Source of the DNA: Candidatus Caldarchaeum sp.
Lineage (GTDB): Archaea; Thermoproteota; Nitrososphaeria_A; Caldarchaeales; Caldarchaeaceae
Length of the DNA: 64,000 bases
Direction of reading: 5' to 3'
Assembly (NCBI GenBank): GCA_038844785.1
Contig: JAWBRA010000003.1
Coordinates: 1 to 64,000, forward strand
Numbering within the stretch: the stretch's first letter is position 1; each line of letters opens with the position of its first letter. Below are positions 57,973-64,000 of this stretch, piece by piece. Position numbers and translations under genes: made by a program. The notes below the pieces were generated by a model. It ran no database searches. It had not been told where the DNA came from and saw only the letters and a list, made by a program, of their open reading frames with translations.

Positions 57973-58383
57973 ATGTCACAGCAGGCAGCCGGCCCGCGGA
58001 TGGTTGTCTCAGATCCAGCGGTGAAAAAAGCTACAACAGTCCAGCTAAACCCTCAGCAGTTTAGGCTGTTAATCGGAAAGAAGATAGGCGATGTTTTAGA
58101 TGCCTCAGCCTTTGGGTTTAAGGGTGCTATGCTAAAGATTACAGGAGGAACAGACAAGGACGGCTTCCCTATGAGGCCAGACGTATCCGGCCCCCGGAAA
58201 GTCAGGATTCTTCTTTCAGGCGGAGTTGGCTACCATCCAAGGAGAAAGCCTCCGTCGAAAAAGAAAAAGACTAGGAACAGGAGGCCGGTAAAAGGTGTCA
58301 GGAAAAGGGTTACGGTGAGAGGAAACGTGATAGGCGAGGCTATAGCGCAGATAAACGCGGTTTTGCTGAGGAAAGAGGGTTGA
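57973..58383 (+). CDS. rps6e: 30S ribosomal protein S6e
   Basis: KITGGTDKDGFPMRPD and RKRVTVRGN motifs. Confidence 0.95.
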   Translation: MSQQAAGPRMVVSDPAVKKATTVQLNPQQFRLLIGKKIGDVLDASAFGFKGAMLKITGGTDKDGFPMRPDVSGPRKVRILLSGGVGYHPRRKPPSKKKKTRNRRPVKGVRKRVTVRGNVIGEAIAQINAVLLRKEG

Positions 58384-58676
58384 GCATGTCTGTCATTTCA
58401 GCAAAGATGACGGAGAACAAGCTCATAGGAAGAAGGGTGGTGTTGGCTCACGTCAGCTACCAGAAACCCTTGACAAGGGATGAGATGAAGCATGTGCTCG
58501 CTGAATACTTTAAAGTAGACCCGTCGAACGTCGTAATCAGAAAGGCAGACTTTATAACGGGAACAAAAACAGTAAACATCCACGCCCACATATACGGCTC
58601 CGTCGAAGACATTAAAAAATACGAGCCAACCCATATACTCATTAGGAATAAGATAGTCGAGAAGGTGAAGAAATGA
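58380..58676 (+). CDS. rps24e: 30S ribosomal protein S24e
   Basis: ENKLIGRR and AHIY...YEP.HILIRN motifs. Confidence 0.88.
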   Translation: MSMSVISAKMTENKLIGRRVVLAHVSYQKPLTRDEMKHVLAEYFKVDPSNVVIRKADFITGTKTVNIHAHIYGSVEDIKKYEPTHILIRNKIVEKVKK

Positions 58677-58831
58677 GCAAAAAAGGTCTGTGGAACCGTT
58701 ATGTCCTGAAAAACGGGGTGCTGCATAGAAGCCTAACATCATGTCCTAGATGTGGGCCAGGGTTTTTCATGGCTGACCACGGCAACAGGCTGACTTGTGG
58801 AAAGTGCGGCTACACAAAATTCAAGACGTAG
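58673..58831 (+). CDS. rps27ae: 30S ribosomal protein S27ae (not in ORF track)
   Basis: Translated by hand: MSKKGLW...CPRCGPGFFMADHGNRLTCGKCGYT, 52 aa. Confidence 0.95.
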   Translation: MSKKGLWNRYVLKNGVLHRSLTSCPRCGPGFFMADHGNRLTCGKCGYTKFKT

Positions 58832-59342
58832 CTTCTTCAACAATCTTTTTGACAAGCCTCCAAACACGCTCTCCTCCTCGTACAACGACGTATCCTTTCC
58901 CTGGCTGTCCGTAAACAAGCAACCCTGATTCAGGAAGCGCCGACAGCGCAGGTAGGGCGAGCAGGTCTTCTTCACCGTCGACAAGCACAGCTCCCCTCCC
59001 TGCCTTAACCGTCTCAACCACGGCCGCCGCAGCCTCAGGAGTTATTGACCCTGCTGGGTTTGCGACATGGCGGACCTCATAGCCTTCGATGTTGGGCATC
59101 CCCACCTCCCGTCGTTCAACCTTCATGTCAACTATCACGACGTCTGGTTTAACGCCGAGGCTTAAAAAACGTCCGAACGTATAATCGCCAACGACAACCA
59201 AAGGCTTTGCTTTGGTAAACTCTTCATCAAGCCTTAAATCCCCATACCGCAGTTCTCCGAGAGGTGTTCTAAGCCTTTCTTTCAACCTCTCGGAGAAGAA
59301 GATTACTTTGTTCCAAAAAGGTTCAGTCGACTTTGACGGCAT
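58821..59342 (-). CDS. GTP-dependent dephospho-CoA kinase (DUF359)
   Basis: VGD, NPAGSI, VDGEEDL and YGQPG motifs. Confidence 0.9.
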   Translation of the reverse strand: MPSKSTEPFWNKVIFFSERLKERLRTPLGELRYGDLRLDEEFTKAKPLVVVGDYTFGRFLSLGVKPDVVIVDMKVERREVGMPNIEGYEVRHVANPAGSITPEAAAAVVETVKAGRGAVLVDGEEDLLALPALSALPESGLLVYGQPGKGYVVVRGGERVWRLVKKIVEEATS

Positions 59343-59514
59343 ATCTCCCAGCTTTCCTTATGCCCAGCTCTTTAGCTATCTGCGACTTTTCCACGTCCAA
59401 GATTATCAGTAACCCTGAGAAGCTTGTGCTTAGATTAGATGAGCCGCAGGCATCACAAACGTCCCCAACGACTATGCGTCTGCAGTTCCTACAGGCTTTA
59501 GCTCTGGCCGACAC
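59323..59514 (-). CDS. spt4: Transcription elongation factor Spt4 (RpoE'')
   Basis: KACRNC...CDACG and SQIAKELGI..G.YA motifs. Confidence 0.94.
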   Translation of the reverse strand: MSARAKACRNCRRIVVGDVCDACGSSNLSTSFSGLLIILDVEKSQIAKELGIRKAGRYAVKVD

Positions 59515-59515
59515 A

Positions 59516-60067
59516 TTACTGCACCGCCTTGGCCTTCTCCTCCTCCACCCACTTCAGCGAACCCATCAGAGGCTGGCGTGTGACAAGCGAAACCTTGCCC
59601 CCAGCCCCGCCTGCAAATGAGACCGCGTTTATCCTAGCCCTTACATCATCCCCGACCGTAAGCTTTCGCCCAGACTTCTTCCCTAACAGCATATTGTTTT
59701 TGTCGTCATATGTTATGAAGTCGTCCATGATCTGCGATATGTGCAGGAGCCCGTCAAGGGGCCCGACTCTGACGAAACATCCGAAATCCGTTATTTCAAC
59801 AACCTCCCCCAAAATCACCTCGTTAACTTCAGGCATGTAGGATAACAGCTTGAAAGTACATCGATGGTAGGTTGAGCCATCCCTCGGAAGTAGCCGGCCG
59901 ATTCTCTCAACCTTGGCGTCAACAACCATCACCACATACCCCAGCTCCTCATCAACAGCTCCTTCATATCTTTTCTTCAAATTGTTCAAGACAACTTGGT
60001 CTAACGGCTTACCGAATTCGCTGGGCGATATTCCCACAACCTCCATTGCCTCGACAATTGTAAACAA
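59516..60067 (-). CDS. rpoE1: RNA polymerase subunit Rpo7 (E')
   Basis: DGSTY, FGCFVRVGPLDGLLHISQ S1 domain. Confidence 0.95.
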   Translation of the reverse strand: MFTIVEAMEVVGISPSEFGKPLDQVVLNNLKKRYEGAVDEELGYVVMVVDAKVERIGRLLPRDGSTYHRCTFKLLSYMPEVNEVILGEVVEITDFGCFVRVGPLDGLLHISQIMDDFITYDDKNNMLLGKKSGRKLTVGDDVRARINAVSFAGGAGGKVSLVTRQPLMGSLKWVEEEKAKAVQ

Positions 60068-60114
60068 TGTTTACACACCTTTCACTTTCCCAGTATTTAT
60101 AAATGAGCTCTTCT

Positions 60115-60501
60115 TCAACGCAATATAAGCCTAACTATTGGCTTCCCCGCCTTGCCGACAGAGATGTAGGGGAGACCTGAGCTCGCCAGTTTTTTCGCCA
60201 GCTTTGTGTCGACAGTTATGACCGGCATTTTATGTTCGGCCGCATATTTCTGAAGGGCTTCGTCCACGTTGTACATGCCATGGAATTGGACGATGTTTGC
60301 GTTAATCATTTTCTGTAAAGCCGCTCTTGCAAGCATGCCTTTTTTCCCCCTTTTCGACGCAAGCGTCCTCAACTCATCAACCACGTTCTCCAAGATCACT
60401 GGCTCTACATGTTCGCCCAGCTTCTGCTCAATCAGTTTCAAGTAGTCGCGACCCTTTTCCAAGCAAAGCAGCAGAAAGCTTGTGTCCAGAAGTGCTTTCA
60501 C
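60115..60501 (-). CDS. PIN-domain protein (Fcf1/Utp24-like)
   Basis: LLDTSFL, VVDEL, VDE and TVD motifs; conserved position after eif2g. Confidence 0.85.
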   Translation of the reverse strand: MKALLDTSFLLLCLEKGRDYLKLIEQKLGEHVEPVILENVVDELRTLASKRGKKGMLARAALQKMINANIVQFHGMYNVDEALQKYAAEHKMPVITVDTKLAKKLASSGLPYISVGKAGKPIVRLILR

Positions 60502-61740
60502 CTACCTCCCCACGATTTTACCGTAGCCTATGAGCCTCCATCCCGTCCCAACCTTTCGCGATATCGCAACCTTGCTTCCCTCTTCAGCGGCAACAGGTCT
60601 TGTAAGTTGAATCTCTATCTTTTCATGTCCTCTTTTTGTTACGACACCGCTTGAAACAGCTGATAAAACGTTGACCACTAAAGCCTCTTTCTCAGCTATC
60701 TGTTTGACAACAACGTCGCCTTCAACGCCGAGAACTTTCTCAAACAAAACATACTCGAGCGTTAGGCTGTTCCAAACGGGTGGCAGGGTGCCCGGCGCGC
60801 CGGCTACGTTGCCTACAAGCCCGTCGCTTTTCCCTACAGCGGGGTCTAATGTTGTCTCCACCCCCGTCAAGCCGCCGGGATATGCTTTTTCAACCTTTCT
60901 GTTCCCAGCCATCAGGCTTGTGGCGGTTGTGTATATCGGCTCGTAGACTGTTTTGCCTTGTTTGGTTTTAGCCAAGCCTGGGACGATCTCCAGCTCGTCG
61001 CCGACTCTCAGAACTCCTTGGGTTATGGACCCTCCTATAACAGCTCCTTTGATCTGTCTTGCTGGTGTTCCTGGAATGTTGACGTCGAAAGACCTTAGAA
61101 TAGGCATCCTAGCTGGTTTTGTGTGATCCCTCGACGGAGTGGGTATGGTCTTTTCGATGGCATAGAGGAGTGGTTCTATTCCGATTGAATGCTGGCCAGA
61201 GACAGGGATGATAGGTATTGAATTGAATCCGTTTGCCGCCAGATATTTGGTAATCTCTTGATAGTTTTCCAAAGCCCGTTCCCGGCTTACTAGGTCTATC
61301 TTGTTCTGTGCTATTATCAGGTTTTTTATCCCTAGGATTTTAGCTGCCTGGAGATGTTCGCTGTCTTGTGGTTGTGGAAACCTTTGGCGTGCGTCGGCGA
61401 CGAATACAGCCCCGTCGAACAAGGCAGCACCCGACAACATTGTAACCATAAGCGAGTGGTGGCCGGGACAGTCTATGAAGGAAACAACCCTGACAAACTC
61501 GTTTTCAACATTGTGGACGGGGCATTTTTGTGATGAATAATAGTTGTAGGGTTCGCTGCACTGGGGGCATCGGTATATCGCCGCGTCAGCGTATCCTATT
61601 CGGATTGTTATCCCTCTTTTAAGTTCCTCGCTGTGCCTAGCTGTCCAAACCCCTGTTATGCTTTGGACGACCGTGCTTTTACCGTTGTCCACATGCCCCA
61701 AGGTTCCGATGTTTACTTCAGGCTGTTTCGGCAGCGCCAT
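60502..61740 (-). CDS. eif2g: Translation initiation factor 2 gamma subunit
   Basis: GHVDNGKST, RGITI, DCPGH, NKID and WRLIGYG motifs; start moved to ATG 61740. Confidence 0.96.
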   Translation of the reverse strand: MALPKQPEVNIGTLGHVDNGKSTVVQSITGVWTARHSEELKRGITIRIGYADAAIYRCPQCSEPYNYYSSQKCPVHNVENEFVRVVSFIDCPGHHSLMVTMLSGAALFDGAVFVADARQRFPQPQDSEHLQAAKILGIKNLIIAQNKIDLVSRERALENYQEITKYLAANGFNSIPIIPVSGQHSIGIEPLLYAIEKTIPTPSRDHTKPARMPILRSFDVNIPGTPARQIKGAVIGGSITQGVLRVGDELEIVPGLAKTKQGKTVYEPIYTTATSLMAGNRKVEKAYPGGLTGVETTLDPAVGKSDGLVGNVAGAPGTLPPVWNSLTLEYVLFEKVLGVEGDVVVKQIAEKEALVVNVLSAVSSGVVTKRGHEKIEIQLTRPVAAEEGSKVAISRKVGTGWRLIGYGKIVGR

Positions 61741-61785
61741 TCTATAAATGACGCTCAAAAGCTCTTAAAGTGTTTTATCCATCCA

Positions 61786-62211
61786 TCAGACTTCGTCAGG
61801 TCTGAAGAATATGGAGCATTCCTTCTCAAAGGATTCTCGGCTGTCGGATGCGTGGATTAAGTTGTCGGTTATGTCGAGGCCAAAGTCGCCGCGTATCGTG
61901 CCTGGTTCGGCTTTCACAGGGTCGGTCGCACCAATCAGCTTTCGAACAACTTGGACGGCCTCCCTACCTTCCCACACCATCAAAACAACAGGACCGGAGG
62001 TAATTGTCTCCACCAACCCCTCGAAGAAAGGCTTGCCTTGGTGAACCTCGTAAAGCCGTTCGGCCTCCTCTCTGGAGATTATCTTCGTCCTAAGCTGTTT
62101 CAGCCGCAACCCTTTTCTCTCAAGCCTTGAAATTATCTCTCCAACCAATCCTCTTGAAACAGCGCTTGGCTTAAGTATAACAAACGTCTTCTCCATGCGT
62201 GAAGACCTCAT
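61786..62211 (-). CDS. ndk: Nucleoside diphosphate kinase
   Basis: PGTIRGDF and NLIHASDS motifs. Confidence 0.96.
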   Translation of the reverse strand: MRSSRMEKTFVILKPSAVSRGLVGEIISRLERKGLRLKQLRTKIISREEAERLYEVHQGKPFFEGLVETITSGPVVLMVWEGREAVQVVRKLIGATDPVKAEPGTIRGDFGLDITDNLIHASDSRESFEKECSIFFRPDEV

Positions 62212-62390
62212 TCACCTGCTTTCGTCCACTTAAGCTTTCTAGGGTCTTTTCTATGCTCAAGCATGTAAACCCTGCAGCGTCTGGAGCAAAACCACAGAAG
62301 CGTTCCATCGTTTTTTACGTATAGCATTCCCCGGCCATGTATGAACTCTCTGTTGCAGAAGGAGCATCGATGCACAGTCACCATCTCCAA
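62208..62390 (-). CDS. rpl24e: 50S ribosomal protein L24e
   Basis: CSFC...FCSRRC...PRKLKWT. Confidence 0.95.
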   Translation of the reverse strand: MEMVTVHRCSFCNREFIHGRGMLYVKNDGTLLWFCSRRCRVYMLEHRKDPRKLKWTKAGE

Positions 62391-62391
62391 A

Positions 62392-62616
62392 TCACTTTAT
62401 CTTCTCAGCTTCCCTTTCAACGTCCAACAGCATCAAAATGTCTCCTTCCCTAACCGGTCCTTTGACGTTTCGAGAGATTACTCTTCCCTCATCCTTCCCC
62501 TTTAGTATCCTTACCCGCACCTGGGTAACCTCTCCCGTAACACCTGTCCTCCCTACGATCTGCTCTACAACCGCTGGAACGGGCTCCTCAACTTTCGGCT
62601 GCGGCTTTTGGCTCAT
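62392..62616 (-). CDS. rps28e: 30S ribosomal protein S28e
   Basis: [12 protein letters not shown] and [11 protein letters not shown] motifs. Confidence 0.96.
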   Translation of the reverse strand: MSQKPQPKVEEPVPAVVEQIVGRTGVTGEVTQVRVRILKGKDEGRVISRNVKGPVREGDILMLLDVEREAEKIK

Positions 62617-62629
62617 CTAAACAGCCACC

Positions 62630-63007
62630 TCATCTGCCTGATTTTATCTCGTTTATCTTCTTAGCTATTTCCTCCAAATAGCCTTTCGCCTCACCAGGGT
62701 CCGTTATCGAAACCGAGCTTGCTGGAACAGCTAGTCCAGCGACCTCGCCAAGCTGAGCCTTGGAGTTGACGAATGTATATGTTATTTTCTTTTCTTCGCA
62801 GAGGGTCGGTAGAAAAGCCACTATCTCAGGCGGGTCGACGTCGGTAGCTATGACAACAAACTTTGCCTGACCCCTTTCGATAGATTTGATGACTTCGTTG
62901 ACGCCTTTCCTTATTTTTCCTGAGGTTCTAGCCAGCCTTACCGCTTCCAAAGTGGCTTTGACAAGCTCTTCAGGTGGTGTGAAGGTTTGGTAGTATGGAT
63001 TGGGCAT
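62630..63007 (-). CDS. rpl7ae: Ribosomal/sRNP protein L7Ae
   Basis: KIRKGVNEVIKSIERG and DVDPPEIV motifs. Confidence 0.96.
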   Translation of the reverse strand: MPNPYYQTFTPPEELVKATLEAVRLARTSGKIRKGVNEVIKSIERGQAKFVVIATDVDPPEIVAFLPTLCEEKKITYTFVNSKAQLGEVAGLAVPASSVSITDPGEAKGYLEEIAKKINEIKSGR

Positions 63008-63008
63008 G

Positions 63009-63040
63009 GGCCTTCATCTCCGTCAAGCTCTTTGAAGTCC
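63009..63040 (-). promoter_or_regulatory. K-turn-like element in the rpl7ae 5' UTR overlapping the SD sequence
   Basis: Minus strand CTTCA-AA-GAGCT...GGAGA-TGAAG: CTTCA/TGAAG stem, short bulge and tandem G.A pairs. Confidence 0.55.
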
Positions 63041-63120
63041 ACAACTTAAAGCTTATTTAATAAAGCTATTAACAACCGGTGGGACAAGCCTAAATCCATC
63101 CACTCCGACAGGTGGGCTGG

Positions 63121-64000
63121 ATGGATGTCAGAGAGCTCGCCTATAAATGGGCTTTGAAGAATGCAGTTGACCACGGCGGCAAAGCCTCTGTCAACGCAGT
63201 CATGTCAAAAGTTCTCGCCACCGATCCAAGTCTCAAAAATAGATTAGCCGAGGTTAAGAAAGTAGTTGAGGAGGTTGTTGAGGAGGTAAACTCTCTCCCG
63301 ATAGATAAACAGTCTTCAATGCTTTCCGAGATGTATCCCGAAGTCGTGGCCAAAGTTGTTGCCGCTACAAAAGCTCTTCCGAAACTTCCTTCAGCTGTTT
63401 ACGGCAAAGTTGTTACGCGTCTTCCACCCGAGCCCAGCGGCTACATGCACCTAGGTCACGCTATAGCAGGGTTGATCAACGAATACTATGCAAGGATGTA
63501 CGATGGAAAACTTTGGCTCAGGTTTGAAGACACAAATCCTAGGAGGGTTGAGTTGGTGTTTTACGAAAGTTTTAGGAGAGGGTATAGATGGCTTGGGATC
63601 AGATGGGACTTCGAGAAAAACAACTCCGACGACATGGAGATCTACTATGACTACGCTGGAAAGCTTCTAGAGAAAGGTCTTCTCTACGCATGTTTTTGCA
63701 AGCCTGACGAAATGCATCAGCAGAGGGAGATGATGGCCGGGTGTAAGCATAGGGAACAGGATGTGGGGGAGAACGCTAGGGTTTGGGACAAGGTTTTGAG
63801 CGGCGCCTACCATGAAGGCGAAGTCGCCTTCAGGCTTAAGGGAGTGCTCGACAGCCAAAACACTGCGTTAAGGGACCCAGTCCTATTCAGGGTAGTCGAC
63901 CACCCACATCCCTTGAAGGGTAGGGGTTATAGGCTCTGGCCTACATATGATTTTGCGGCGGCAGTCCAAGATGCTTTATGCGGGGTCACCCATGTTTTAA
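63121..64000 (+). CDS. gltX: Glutamate--tRNA ligase, 5' part (runs off the window)
   Basis: Translated by hand from ATG 63121: MDVRELAYKWALKNA...RLPPEPSGYMHLGHA...RFEDTNP...WPTYDFA; open to the end of the window. Confidence 0.94.
   Translation, partial: MDVRELAYKWALKNAVDHGGKASVNAVMSKVLATDPSLKNRLAEVKKVVEEVVEEVNSLPIDKQSSMLSEMYPEVVAKVVAATKALPKLPSAVYGKVVTRLPPEPSGYMHLGHAIAGLINEYYARMYDGKLWLRFEDTNPRRVELVFYESFRRGYRWLGIRWDFEKNNSDDMEIYYDYAGKLLEKGLLYACFCKPDEMHQQREMMAGCKHREQDVGENARVWDKVLSGAYHEGEVAFRLKGVLDSQNTALRDPVLFRVVDHPHPLKGRGYRLWPTYDFAAAVQDALCGVTHVL

Noticed and set aside
1-64000. CRISPR arrays, rRNA genes, proviral integrase or defence island
   Set aside because: No regularly spaced repeats, rRNA-like stretches, integrase or cas motifs were seen by eye.

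Overview
Archaeal core-genome window, most consistent with a thermophilic TACK lineage such as a Caldiarchaeum/Aigarchaeota-like organism. This is inferred from gene content (histone plus ESCRT-III/Vps4, crenarchaeal-style BHB introns), not from a database search. Most of it is housekeeping: thermosome, Lhr, SufD, GlyA, SerS, an ABC exporter, a ribosomal-protein/SecY superoperon (uL22 to cbf5), RNase P and KEOPS subunits, aIF5B, aIF2-gamma, Rpo7/Spt4, L7Ae and a partial GltX. Highlights: (1) a three-gene operon encoding a short, hinge-less SMC ATPase with SMC5/6-type motifs plus kleisin-like and KITE-like partners, transcribed divergently from cdvC(Vps4) and next to cdvB(ESCRT-III); (2) a 14-nt BHB-type mRNA intron splitting the catalytic Asp codon of cbf5; (3) tRNA-Ile(CAU) with a D-arm intron; (4) a degenerate IS110-like recombinase followed by a 140-nt structured element that contains C/D boxes; (5) a 161-aa mini-intein in aIF5B; (6) a K-turn-like motif over the rpl7ae ribosome-binding site; (7) two IS6-family elements, one inserted at the histone stop codon. 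No rRNA or CRISPR array was seen. All calls were made by eye from motifs; no searches or folding were run.
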